A stretch of DNA of 64,000 bases, taken from Octopus vulgaris. Taxonomy: Eukaryota. Under the pieces are notes generated by a model. The model saw only the letters and a list, made by a program, of their open reading frames with translations, made no database searches and was not told where the DNA came from. Shown here piece by piece: positions 29,300-42,335 of the stretch. How positions within the stretch are numbered: position 1 is the first letter of the stretch; each line of letters opens with the position of its first letter. The translations under genes and the position numbers were made by a program. The stretch covers positions 47,492,001 to 47,556,000 of the forward strand of contig OX597814.1 of NCBI GenBank assembly GCA_951406725.2, read 5' to 3'.

Positions 29300-29750
29300 A
29301 AATATATGCAATCACATCTGTATATCCCTGAACGTTCTCTTCTCTAGATATCGTTTCTCACTTTCTTTTCACTCATTCTCATCCCTCGTTCGTATTTCTC
29401 AAACACAGTTCGCGCTCATTTCCCTTCCTATATGTATAAATACACATGTCTGCATTCTCATTATAAGCCTAACTTTAACTTGGCAGTTGTATGTCTGTAC
29501 TATGATTTTCTAAAGTTTAATTTCCACAATTAAGACACTTAAATGACATCTCCTTAAAAGTCAAGCTAGAGTTAAGTTTATAATGAGAATGCAGACTTGT
29601 GTGTTTATGTATAAAAGAAAGGAAATAAGAGTAAGCAGTGTTAGAGATATACGTATAAAGGGATAGGAATGGGTAGAAAGAGTGAGGAACGTTGTCTGGA
29701 GTTAGAAGACGTTCAGAGAGATATACAAATATGCGATTGTATATATGCTG
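29300..29750. repeat. Old diverged foldback (about 185-bp arms)
   Basis: GTCTGCATTCTCATTATAAG / TTTATAATGAGAATGCAGAC and CTGAACGT / ACGTTCAG pair across a spacer of about 75 bp. Confidence 0.7.
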
Positions 29751-30276
29751 CGTGTGTTGAAAGAAACAGTGATTTGGGAATTGAAAAAAAAAGAAGGAAA
29801 AGAAAAAAGGCGGGTATGAAAAACTGATTGATGTTCTAAATCAATTGACCAGCCCATTCCCTTTTTATGGGAAAAGTAAATTAAAAACGAAACCAACAAC
29901 CAACCATAAATCCTATGGGACACACCGGATTCATGGCTGATTACTGAAGCAGTTTTGTTGCAAATGGACTACACTTCCGTCCACATCAATTCACACTTCA
30001 CACCTTTCAAAAAATACACTGTATTTTACTTTATTTCCTTTCCGCTTGCTTGAGATAGTCTTTTAGGGATTGGTTAAAAAAGTTTGCGGGTGACTCAATA
30101 TCTCTTACACAACACTGATAGTTACCACTGTTTTCATTTCACAGCAAATAACATTAACTGAAAAAAAAAAGATTTTATTTCAATAAGACAAAATTATTGC
30201 TACTAAAAACCCAGTCAGTATGATTTTTTTTTATTTTGGTCGCGGAGTTGTAAGTTTCAGCCAGGTAGTAATAGAT

Positions 30277-30490
30277 TGGTTTCAAATGTTGGCACAAGGC
30301 CAGCGACTTCGGGGGAGGAGGTAAATCGATTACATCAACTCTGGTGCTCAGCTGGTACTTATTTTATCGACCCCTAAAGGATGAAAGGCAAGTCGACTTT
30401 AGCAGAATTTGAACTTAAAACGTAAAGACGGACGAAATGCCGCTAAACATTTTGCCCGGCGTGTTAACGGTTCTGGCAGCTTACGGCCTT
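30277..30490 (-). mobile_element. Family-A SINE
   Basis: ATCGACCCCTAAAGGATGAAAGGCAAG core and CATTTTGCCCGGCGTGTTAACG head. Confidence 0.85.
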
Positions 30491-31089
30491 GCGGATGGTA
30501 ATATATTAAGGAGAACAAATGACAGCATTTCTAAAATAGTACCACACACTTCATCTTCTTATGGGCGATCATTGAATTGATAATTCATTCAATAATAGTC
30601 AACAATGTTTTTGTAGGTCGACGGGAATAAATGGATCTCCATCGGTTTCGGCGAGGAGGATTCAGTTGTTCGATCAACTGAACTACCTGCAAAGTAAATT
30701 AGTGTCTGACTGACTGAGCATTCCAAAGTCACGTGTAACCATTTACATAACTATCTGGCAGAATCAATGTGACACAGTACATGTCAAGTTTGCGTCTTCG
30801 AATTACAACAGGGTTTTTCACAGATTTCGTCGACCTAATTCGACTCATAAGGCATGGGTTGTTCTGGGTAAATAGCAAGGCTCTTGCTCAAAATACCGCG
30901 CACTTTAACCGAACACAGGAATGTCGCGATTAGGAGCGAAGTTCTTAACCAACTTAATAAAACAAAAACAAAACACTACTTCTTTTTGAAAACACCTTTC
31001 GTTGTTTTTCAAAAATAGAAGGCTCATAAGCAAAAAAGAGAAAGAAAACCTTTAAAATAAGTATACCTTAAAAAAAAAGGTAAAAATAA

Positions 31090-32628
31090 AACTTCAGTCT
31101 TGTGAGGAAATGCTGTTCGCAGAGAAATTGCCACTTGATTCAATAAGTGCAACTATTTTTCACACTCTCAAGTCTTTCCTTTTGAACAAAATATCCCACT
31201 CAGTAATATTCTTGCTTGTTCGTCTGATGACTCTCCTAAAGTGTGAAATTTCCCACCAGATACTAACTGTTCATTGCTTGGCACACCGGCAGCATTTAGT
31301 GGCACAAAATATGAACGGTAGGTTGAATGATGCACTACAGTTAGTTATCAAGACTGTGAACAAATTGAAGTCCAGTCCCTTGTCTGATCAAATTTTCCAC
31401 CAACTCTGAGAAATGATGAAGACCATACTAAACTTTTATACCATACCGAAGCGCGGTGGCTGTCAAAAGGAAACTGTGTTTTACGCTTTGTTGAACTGTT
31501 TCATATAATTATATCTTTCTTTGAAGATACTCCACTATCCGCTTCATTGATGGTTGCAAGGTGCGATATCTTTTTTCTTTGTGATACAGTCATAAAATTA
31601 AATGATTTGAATAAGTTATTGCAAGGAAACAGAAAAAACTCTCATTGATTGTAAATCATTTATCACTACCTTCATTTCGAAATTGGTGTTGTATAAGACT
31701 AACATTTCAAAACGTCAATTCCATCAATCTCCACAACTTGATTCTTTGAAAGATGATTTAGTTAATGAGGATTTAACTACATATCGCAGCTATTTACAAT
31801 CATTTCACGATATATGGTGGAGCGATTTCAAGATGTTATTGCGCTGAATATTCCAAATTGGTATAGCAATCCGTCTGAAGTCGATGCTGTCGATTGCGAG
31901 GATGATGTTCAGTAGGAATTGATAGAATTACAAAATGACAATGAACCCACAATGCGATATCGCCGTAATGGCAAAGAAGGTTCGTGGTACCACCAGAGTA
32001 TATTGAATTCCTACGCCAGTCTGTGAAAACATCTGAAATTATTTTTGCTTACCTTCCCTACCTCATACCTGGTTGAATCTGGTTTTAATCATGTTGGAAC
32101 TTTACTTTCCCATAAAAGAATTGGACTGGATGTGACAGAACGAGGAAACTTGCGGATAAAGTTGACAAGTTTGAAACCGAATGTATCTGCACTAGCTGCA
32201 TCGCACCAGATACATGGTTCTCATTAAAAAAATTTATTCTGTTCCTTTATAATACAATCATTAATTATTTTTGTATCGGTAGTTCTGATCAATGGTTCAT
32301 TTGTGAAAATCAAAATCAATGTAAAAGAAAGCGCAAGTTTCCAGAAGTTAATCTGTCTGAAAATTATAGAGTTAACGTTAGAATTTTATTAACACTAATG
32401 GCAAAACCAAACCCACAATAAGGGATTTGTAAACAACCGCATATTTAGTATAAACGGCACTAACAGAGCAACGAGTCTACGATAAAGTGTTTGTCAAATG
32501 ATACAGGGGGGGGGGGGTTGTGTTGGGGGGGTGTCAATTTTTTTTTACACAGGTGGGCGATAGAGCTTTTTATTTGGCTGATAGGTAGGCGATATTGTAA
32601 TTTGGCGCGAAAAGTTTGTGAAACACTG
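31090..32628 (+). mobile_element. 5'-truncated hAT (Buster/Charlie, ZBED5/SCAND3-like) transposon with disrupted transposase
   Basis: Motifs EEMLF, VHCLAHRQHLVA, LLYHTEARWLSKGN, LNKLLQG, FPTSYLVESGF; right end GTTTGTGAAACACTG is TIR-like. Confidence 0.88.
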
Positions 32629-32784
32629 GTCTATGGTAAGATATCAACTAGCTGACAGACCTCAGTACGAACAGAGAACAGAATAAAACAATAAGTTGGA
32701 ATCATATACATACCTACACACACGCGCGCGCGCGCACACAGACATATGCATATGTATAATATGGTGTATATACATAAATATATA

Positions 32785-32819
<35 letters not shown>

Positions 32820-32821
<2 letters not shown>

Positions 32822-32952
32822 AAAACTTATTTGGAGAAATAAGAAAGTGACGCGAGGCGTTCAATCATATAATAACAATTTAACAAATAAAACATATGCA
32901 TACATACATACATACATATATGTACATATCTACATCTATATGTATATATACA

Positions 32953-32990
<38 letters not shown>

Positions 32991-33405
32991 AGTACAGGAC
33001 ACCACAAATAAACGTAGAACACAACGAGAAACGAAAACATAAAAACAAACAAGGAAACGGACTTTTTTTAACAACGAAAAAACAGAGTATAAGACAAACA
33101 ATACAAGGAATATTCCCCTTCATCAGCTGCCCCTGGTTCGACTCAATGTATGTTTCGAAGGTAAGGGCAGAACACGATCCAGCCGAAGCAATCCTTCCTG
33201 CAAAATGAATTAAATAAAATTCTTTTGCAGAGGGGTCCTTCGAAACACGCATTGAGTCGAACCAGGGGCAGCTGATGAAGGGGAATATTCCTTGTATTGT
33301 TTGTCTTATACTCTGTATTTCGTTGTTAAAAAAGTCTGTTTCCTTGTTTCTTTTTATGTTTTCGTTTCTCGTTGTGTTCTACGTTTATTTGTGGTGTCCT
33401 GTACT

Positions 33406-33463
<58 letters not shown>

Positions 33464-33537
33464 TGTATATATATAGATGTAGATATGTACATATATGTAT
33501 GTATGCATATGTTTTATTTGTTAAATTGTTATTATAT
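32820..33537. mobile_element. Foldback element in (TA)n carrying a permuted HHR-like motif
   Basis: 32867-33161 is the reverse complement of 33237-33537; both arms carry GAAA...CTGATGA in non-canonical order. Confidence 0.88.
33115..33187 (-). ncRNA. Candidate pseudoknotted (reverse-order) hammerhead ribozyme
   Basis: Minus strand CGTG-TT-CTGCCCTT-A-CCTTC-GAAA-CATAC (CACGC in the other arm)-ATTGAGTCGAACC-AGGGGCAG-CTGATGA-AGGGG; 8-bp stem I; stem III ACACG/CGTGT. Confidence 0.5.
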
Positions 33538-33552
33538 ATATATATATATAAT

Positions 33553-33900
33553 TGTATATTGTTGTATTTAGGGATGGTCATGTTGCCAGTTAAGCCAATA
33601 AAAACACACGCACTATATATTTAGTGTTCATTTGCTTCAGCTTTATTTCATATTAATTGTATTTTGGCCAGAGTTCTTTCGTCACACTTCTGTGGCCTCA
33701 TCAGTGGTCCTTTGCTTTCTTCTTTCTTTTTTGTGTGTCTTTCCTTACTAATGATCAGCCATTTTGTATTACTAGGAATACTCTAGCCAAAATACAATTT
33801 ATATAAAATAAAGCTGAAGCAAATGAACACCAAATATATAGTGCGTGTGTTTTTATTGGCTAAACTGGCAACATGACCATCCCCAAATACAACAATATCT
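33553..33900. mobile_element. Second foldback element with a type I HHR
   Basis: 33555-33674 is complementary to 33780-33898; starts at (TA)n. Confidence 0.85.
33666..33710 (-). ncRNA. Type I hammerhead ribozyme (slightly decayed)
   Basis: Minus strand GGACCA-CTGATGA-GGCCAC AGAA GTGTGAC-GAAA-GAAC-TC-TGGCC; CUC site. Confidence 0.7.
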
Positions 33901-34022
33901 GTTTCAACACACGAATTCACATCAAGAATCTTGCAAAACGAATATATAAACGTAAATATATACATATATAAATATATATATATCTATATATATGTGTGTG
34001 TGTGTGTGTGGGTACATGTACA

Positions 34023-34066
<44 letters not shown>

Positions 34067-34619
34067 TATTCATTCATGTTTTCATGTTTTCCAGTTTCAA
34101 CTCTTTATATATATGTATATAATGTATATACATATATATTTGCGTATGTGTGAGGTATATGTATATGTGTGTGCATATGTGTGTGTGTGTGTAGTTGTGC
34201 AATATCTTTCAAGTGTAATTTATTATTCTCCTCTTTACTTTTGCTTTGCCTCATTAACTATCTGCCGTGTAATCTGCTTGTTTATCGAAATAAATGTCAC
34301 GATACACTTACTGGCGAGTTCGATGACTGAATGTGTCGATTTGCGAAAGACAACAAACAACTTGACATTTGATTGTTCGCAATGTAAGAGATCAATTAAT
34401 TTTGGCATAAGCTTGGAATGAAAATAGTGAAATGAAATGCATAGAAAATATTAACATTTAAAAAAAGAAAAATTGTCGCCAATATTAGTTCAAAAATTTT
34501 CATTAAAGTTGCTTTGGAAATCTCGGTGAGTCCATGATGAGTGTGTGTGTGTGTGTGTGTGTGAGTATTTGTGTGCGCGTACATGTGTGTGTATATGTAT
34601 GCACGTGCGCACGTGTATG

Positions 34620-34674
<55 letters not shown>

Positions 34675-34729
34675 GTGTAAATATGTGTGTGTGTGTATAT
34701 ATATGCATATGTGATTGTGTGTATATATA

Positions 34730-34977
34730 TCGTTGCTATTATGCAAAACTGTCTTAAGTCCAAAGCGTTGCTTTTTCAGAAAACGAAAAAATAATTTCAC
34801 TATTCCATAGCAAAACCATTGTATTATACCTTGACAATTTTGATATTTTGGCATCTGAAGCAGCTGGAAATATGATAGTTTGGCCACAAGAACCGGCTAT
34901 TGCAAACAAAAATAAATATTGAAAACAAAACGTATTTGGCCAAAGTTGGACATACGACAGTTTTATAATAGCAACGA
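34730..34977. mobile_element. TA-flanked MITE with TIRs of about 33 bp
   Basis: TCGTTGCTATTATGCAAAACTGTCTTAAGTCCAA / TTGGACATACGACAGTTTTATAATAGCAACGA. Confidence 0.75.
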
Positions 34978-35030
34978 TATACATCCATCCATCCACATAC
35001 ATACACACATACATACATACATACATACAT

Positions 35031-35240
35031 TTACTCTTTTACTTGTTTCAGTCATGTGACTGTGCCATGCTGGAGCACCACCTTTAGTCGAGCAAATCGA
35101 CCCCAGAGCTTATTCTTTGTAAGCCTAGTACTTATTCTATCGGGGTCTTTTACTGAACCGCTAAGTTACAGGGACGTAAACACATCAGGATCAGTCGTCA
35201 ATCAAGCGATGTTGGGGGGACAAACACGGACACACATACG

Positions 35241-35284
<44 letters not shown>

Positions 35285-35451
35285 TATATATACATACATA
35301 CACGACGGTCTTCCAGTTTCTGTCAATCCAAATCCACTCACAAGGCTTTGGTCGGCCCGAAGCTATTATAGAAGACACTTGCTCAAGGTGCCACGCAGTG
35401 GGACTGAACCTGGGACCATGTTGTTGGTAAGCAAGCTACTTAGCCACTCCT
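35031..35451 (-). mobile_element. Family-B SINE, full length
   Basis: Reverse complement of the 8955 family, including GTGCCACGCAGTGGGACTGAACC. Confidence 0.9.
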
Positions 35452-35496
35452 TTGTGTTCTGGTATTGTTTTATTTCCTTATTTTAGATTATTATTA

Positions 35497-35605
<109 letters not shown>

Positions 35606-36382
35606 GGACTAAAAGCCAATGTGATGAAAAATGGAGCTGACCCCAAATGCCGATTCTGTAACGAGGAGATTGAAACAATAGACCACCTAATCTCAGGGTG
35701 TAGAGTCTTAGCACCTGCAGAATATAAAGCAAGACATGACAGAGTCGGCCAGTATTTACACTGGACAATATGTCGGCATTATAAAATTAAAACCAGACAA
35801 ATGGTATAAACATCATCCTGAAGCTGTGACTGAGGGAGAAAATGTGTCGATTCTATGGGACTTCCCCGTGCAGACCGACAGGACTATAAAAGCCAATAAA
35901 CCGGATATCATTTTAAAAGATCAGACAAAAAGGATGTGTTTATTAATTAACATGAGTATTCCCTGTGATCACAATATAGCGGCGAAAGAATTTGACAAGA
36001 TTAGTAAATATAAAGACCTGCTAATGGAAATTGAAAAAATGTGGCATCTCAAGGCGACTACAGTACCAGTGATTGTAGGATATCTAGGAATGATAAAAAA
36101 AGGTACTGAAACCTATTTGAAAATGATTCCAGGCTTACCATCCCTACGGGAAGTGCAAAAAATCGTATTAACTGGAACGGCTCATGTACTGAGAAGAGCA
36201 CTATCGCTGTGAAAATAACATCCATCCATGAATTTATTTATTTATTAATTTTTAAATACATATTTTATCTGTGAATTTGCGCATGTAATCTGGAAATGCA
36301 TACAATGCCCTTCTCTGCCCTAGGTGTATAGAAAACACTCGGCGAGAAACGGAAGAAAATTTGAAGAAAGAAGGAAAAAACA
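35606..36382 (+). mobile_element. 5'-truncated R4/Dong-clade LINE 3' end (CCHC finger + REL endonuclease) in (TAA)n
   Basis: CRFC.EEIETIDHLISGC..LA..EYKARHD, frameshift, then ILWDFPVQTDRTIKANKPDII; stop at 36212; (TAA)n on both sides. Confidence 0.9.
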
Positions 36383-36384
36383 TA

Positions 36385-36456
<72 letters not shown>

Positions 36457-36459
36457 GTA

Positions 36460-37000
36460 AGTACTATATTGGAAACTGTGCGAAAAGAGGGGGCTAGAGA
36501 GAGGTATGAGAGCAAACCTCAGAGAGTGGCGGTGTCGGAGACTAGCAAAATCCTCTGTAATTTCCCAATCCAAACAGATCAAGTGCTAGAGCATAACAGA
36601 CTGGACTTGGTGGCGGTCGATAAGATGCACCACATGTACTATATAGTTGATATTGCATGCTCCTTTGAGTCACGAATAGTCAAGAAGGACAGCGAAAAAT
36701 TAGATAAATACGAAATAACCCGGCTATGGAAAATGAAGAAGGTCGAGATAGTGACAATTATTGTTATGTCCTTGAGGACAGTAAGGCATCAAGAGGAATA
36801 TAAAGGAAGTTGGAATAGAGTGTCCAATAGAACTGTTACAAAACGTTTGCATCCTTGGCACAGTCAAAATAATCAGTAAAATATTAGATGGCTGAAAAAA
36901 ACCGGATAGCATGGTACCGCAGGTTGCAGGCAGCAAACCCGCTACGCATGCAAGATTCTAGGAGTTCCAACAAAACCTGTGATAAAAAGAAATAATAAAA
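36460..37000 (+). mobile_element. Second, more decayed R4/Dong REL endonuclease fragment
   Basis: KILCNFPIQTDQVLEHNRLDLVAVDK...IVDIACSFE..I..K..EKLDKY. Confidence 0.8.
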
Positions 37001-37009
37001 ATTATTATT

Positions 37010-37180
37010 ATCCTTTCTACTGAAGGCACAAGGCATGAAATTCGGTGGGAGGGGACTAATCGATTACATCGACTCCAGTGTTTCACTTGTACTTATTATA
37101 GCGACCCCCAAAAGAATGAAAGCTAAAGTCGACCTCGGCGGTATTCGAACTCAGAACGTAAAGACGGACGAAATACCGGC
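37010..37180 (-). mobile_element. Family-A SINE fragment
   Basis: AAAGTCGACCTCGGCGGTATTCGAACTCAGAACG. Confidence 0.8.
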
Positions 37181-37402
37181 AAGCATAATAATAATACGTA
37201 TACTTTGTATACTATAAGCAATTTATCACGGTTCATCGTCCTGTCCGTTTCTTTCTCATCTTTTACGTAAATCCCACACAAATTGTTGACTGTCCTTGTG
37301 ATGCCCCCCACATCGATGCACATGTGGATAATAAAAAAAGTCATGATTATCGTCGTCGTCGTCGTCATCATCATCATCATCATCATCATCATCACCATCA
37401 CT

Positions 37403-37441
<39 letters not shown>

Positions 37442-38196
37442 TTTATCCAATGTGTGCCGTATATATATATATACACTCGTGTGCGTGTATGTATATATGT
37501 ATGTGTGTGTGTGTGTATTTATATATACATGCATACATACACACATACACATACACATACATACATACATACATACATACATACATACATACATACATAC
37601 ACACACACATACATACATACACACACGTATGTTTGTGTGTGTATTTGTATGTATGTATGTATGTATGTATACGCCATGTTAAATAACTGTCTTTGATCTG
37701 TTTATAAAGCACTGACGCACATCAGGCACCGTATGGTGACCAGATATCACGAATTTGATTTCCATCTGGAAACTAATCTCACTAACTATACCATTTTACG
37801 ATCATGTCAGTAACGAAGACGTTACACTCTGATGGGAGAACAGATTTGTTTTAATTCTAGAGCTGTAAATGGCTTCTCTACTATTGTCATCATAGATCAT
37901 AACCATCACAACCACCCACCATAACAACAAGGACAACGATTGCAGCAATGGTGTTTTTTGGTTTTTATCGTTGTTCTTGTTCTTGTTATCTCCGTCGTTG
38001 TTGGCGGTAGAAGGGCTGTGGTGAGGTAGCTGTTGCCATCATGGTCGTGGTGATGATGTGGGCTGATGATAATGATGGTGATGGTCGTCGTAGTGGTGGT
38101 GGTGGTGGTCGTAGTGGTCGTAGTGGTGATGATGTTGATGAGGAGGATTGCGATAGGGATGCTGAGTAGCGTTGACAACGACAGCAAAAAGTTGTC

Positions 38197-38228
<32 letters not shown>

Positions 38229-38589
38229 TAAATATGTATGTACATATTCGTGATATATTGTTTTGTGGGTTTTTTTTTTTATATCGTAGACGTCATGTAA
38301 TGTGTCGTGGGAGTTATTTACAAACTAGAAACAGTAAATTCTTATTCCTATGGTTACTAACGAGGTTGTGTTATGCTGTTCTATACAATATTTTCTTCCT
38401 TAATTTACAACTGTTCTCTAGAGGAATGAGTTTTTTTTATTGAAAAATGAAATATATTTCAATATATGGAATTTATTTGCTAATGCAATGGCTGGTTTGC
38501 ATTAGCTGAAAAGAATGGAAAGTGATTCTGTCTAAAAAGATTAAAATGATACCTATTGTCCACAAAGACAAACAGAATATTACAGTTCT

Positions 38590-39990
38590 ATATTATGTTC
38601 ATACTTGGACATAATAGCCCACTTTGAAGAGCTAGCCATAAAGATGCCAAAAGCTCAAGGAGATGAACTAAGGTGGAAAGTAAGACAAGTACTAGAAAAG
38701 CGAAACTTCCCAAACCAAACATCACTAAGGAAGAAAAGTTCGCTATCAAAAGACTACAGAGTGACAATTCCATCAATAATACTTCCAGTAGTCAAGGGAA
38801 ATGCTACGGTAGCGATGAGCAAGTCTGACTACTCGGAAAAACTGGCAAGTCTTATAAGTGATGGTAGCTACTGCAAAGTAAAGAAAGACCCCAACTCTGA
38901 ATACAGAGAGGAAGTTGTCACAGACCTTGATCAAGAACAAAGATCACTTTACATCAATGAAGTACAGACAACTGAATCAACACTACAGTAAACTACCACA
39001 CATGTACGGTCCCCCTAAGATTCACAAGGATGATATTCCATTAAGACCTATAGTGAGCTGTAGAGGTTCAGCATGTCATCAACTGAGCCGCTTCCTTGTG
39101 GATATAATCAGTCCATTAGCAGGAAAGTCAACATGGTACGTGAAGAATACCACCCACTTCACAGAATTGATCAAGGATACCCCCATTGAATCCAACCAGA
39201 TGGTGAGTCTAGATGTGATAAGTCTGTTGACGAAAGTCCAACTGGTGAAGCACTATCGGTGATTCAAGAAAAACTAGTGACAGAGACCCATCTAAAAGAA
39301 CGCACTAGTATACCAATAAGAAAGTCGATGGAAATGTTGACCTTCTGTGTAGAAACTACCTATTTCAGTATGGACACTGATATATATCGACAAGAAGAAA
39401 GTTTAGCAATGGGCTTGCCATTATCACCAATAATAGCCAATATATACATGGAATACTTTGAGAATTTGGCTTTAGGATCAACACCACTAAAACCAAGACT
39501 ATGGCTGCGCTATGTTGATGACACCTTTATACTTTGGCCGCACCAGGAAGATTTCCAAGTGCTGTTAGATCATGTGAACTCACTAAAGCCATCCATATAG
39601 TTCACAATGGAAAAGGAAAAAAGACAATCAGCTAGCATTCCTGGATGTATTAATAACACGCACCAAGTATGGATTCAGGATATCTGTATACCGTAAGCCG
39701 CCTTTCACTGGACGATACCTCAACTTCAATTCCCACCATCCATACAGTGTAAAGAGAAGGATTGTTCAGTGCCTAAAACATCGAGCAAAAAATATAAGTA
39801 GCGATCGTGATACCCGCCACGAAGAAATGATCAAGCTCAGTAACAATCTATTAAGCAACAACTACCCAAAAACATACAATCCACTCCAATTATGAAGAAA
39901 AGAGAGGATGAAACCAATAAACTGTCCACAGTCTGTCTACCTTATGTGAAAGGCCTTTCCGAAAAGATACAAAAGATATGCGGCCCCATG
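38590..39990 (+). mobile_element. Penelope-like element reverse transcriptase pseudogene
   Basis: KGNATVAM, YGPPKIHKDDIPLRPIVS, MVSLDV.SL.TKV, LAMGLPLSPIIANIYME, WLRYVDDTF, FTMEKE, LNFNSHHP, LPYVKGLSEKI; frameshifts and stops; cut off before the GIY-YIG domain. Confidence 0.92.
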
Positions 39991-40260
39991 TTTCCAGAGG
40001 TGAATTATCCAAACCCCAAATAATTCCTCACAACACATGGCTATGATACTCTCCCACTACTGTTCATGAGCAGAGATGCACATATCGTCAGCCACTAAAG
40101 GACATACTTAACCGGTTAAAGTCAAACAACTGAAAACAAATTTGTGATATTAAGCAGAATATTCGCTGTAGCCCATCTTTTATACCAAGACAAAACAATG
40201 TACTTGGTAACACTTCTAATCAGTTAAGATCAGAAGCCATGGGATCCACGTCCTGGTACT
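39986..40260. repeat. Fragment of a (TAA)n-associated interspersed repeat (family D)
   Basis: Matches 42695-42960 and the reverse complement of about 54965-55245. Confidence 0.85.
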
Positions 40261-40261
40261 T

Positions 40262-42335
40262 ATAGCCCGTCTCTTCTATCTGCTTTATAACCTCCCCCGA
40301 CGGTATCGTTAGCCCGTCGATAGATTTGATTTTGCCTCTCTTAAAGACTAACACACTTTCTCAGTCCGAACTCCATTCTGATATCAACATTGAAAGTATA
40401 CACCGTATCAACGGGGGAACTGACTTGGGATTCATCTTTACCATAAAGTTTTCGGTCATCCATGAATAACAAATGGTTGACTTTTTGTTGGCGGCTTTTG
40501 AATGCATACCCAGTTTTTGCTTTCCTCAGAATCAGTGTTAGCGGTATCAAGCACAGTACAAAGATCAGTGGGGACAGGCAGTCTCATTGGAAGATGCCCC
40601 TCCTGATTTCTACTGTCCCTAAACTTCCTCCGTATGCTGTCAGATCCGTCCTCCAGTTCGCCATACTGTTTCCAAGTAATCGCTCAACATTCGATGCAAT
40701 ACCAAATAGGTTCATACATTCCATAATCCAAGAATGTGGGATCATATCGTACACCTTACGATAATTGATCCATGACACGGCTAAGTTACTTTTCTTCCTC
40801 TTGCAGCTTCTAAGTACAGTTTTGTCTATCAGGAGTTGATCCTTGGTACCTCTGCACTTACGCTTGCAACCCTTCTGCTCATGTGGCAGGACTCCATTTT
40901 TTCCCCAGATGTTCGTACATTGACTCTACGAGTATTCCAGTCAATAATTTCCACATAAATGACAAACAGGATATCGGCCTGTAATTGTCTACTGTATTGC
41001 CTTTTCGATGTTTTTCAAACACAGCACTGTCCTACCCAATGTCAACCACTCTGGTGTTACTTGGTTGGCATTTAACAAGGTGTTGAGTTGTGCAGCTATT
41101 CGTGCATGACATTCACCAAATCTTTTGATCCAGTGGCCTTGAACTCCAACTGATCCAGGGGCCTTCCAGTTGCTCATTTTTTTGCTGATTTCCTTCACTT
41201 CCCTAATTGAAACTACTAGTTTTGCCTGTTTTGGACAGACTACTGTTTGTTTTAGTTCTTGCAACCATTCAGCATCCTTGTGCTCCTTGTTTTTGCTCCA
41301 GATGTCATTGTAAAACCTTTGACTTTCATTGTTATCTGGTATCAACTTTTCATCTGTACACTCTCCATTCATTTCTTTATAGAATCTCTTTTGATCTACT
41401 CTGAATAACCTTTTTTGCTGGTAACACTTCATTCTTTGGTCGTAGCTTACCATCTTTGCTTTCTTTGCAACTAGGCGCTGTTTCAGTTCCTCCATTACCA
41501 CTTTCAGGCCCTTTCTTTCAATATTATACTTCCATTTCAGTGTCCTGTATTTTTGTTCGCTTTTAAGCTCTCCTTTCTCTTTTCAGTCTAACACAGAAAT
41601 CTCCTTCTAGAGCATATCTAACCCTGCCTGTATTCTTCTTTTCCACCATGGGTCTTTTATTTTTTCACTCCCATTATATTTCTTTTTCTTGACATCAACA
41701 CCTACGTTTTCTGCTACAACAATACTTGCTGCCTTGATCAAATTATTTGTTTCTATGATGTTGTTTATTCTGATGTATTTCATAATTTCATTGACATTTT
41801 TCGTTTCTCCTGTATTCTGTCGTAGATTGCCTTTTGTTCATCTGTCATGTCGCCATTAGTTTTATTGTCTTCTTTCAGATCATCTATATGTCTCTCATCA
41901 TATAAGCTACCACTGCTCTTTTCCTGTGCTTTGAGATTACTTTTATTAGTAAGAACTATATTTTCATCATTATCTCTGCTGCTATTTTCCAATACCCGTC
42001 TTTTGATAGCTTCGAGCTCTACTTCTGTGAAGCAACGATTTTTTCTTATTGCTCTAGCTTGATCCCATTTCATTCCAATGATCATACATACGTTGTCGGT
42101 AACCCAATTTGAGCACCATTTTCATCTACAGGGTTGCTGAGGTAGTAACACTCCATGACCACAGCATTCATTTTTTTGTTCCATCTACGCCATGTGTGGC
42201 AATACCTTTCTGGATATCGACGGGCTGGAGCCGGACCAGAATCTCTAAGCCTGCCGGATGCAACACTGTCACCATCAATGGCTTCAGTTATTCATAATAT
42301 TTTGTTTTTTCAATGTCACTCATATTCCACCTGCT
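40262..42335 (-). mobile_element. Decayed R4/Dong-clade LINE (N-terminus and RT)
   Basis: [53 protein letters not shown]; starts next to the (TTA/TTG)n tract. Confidence 0.9.
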
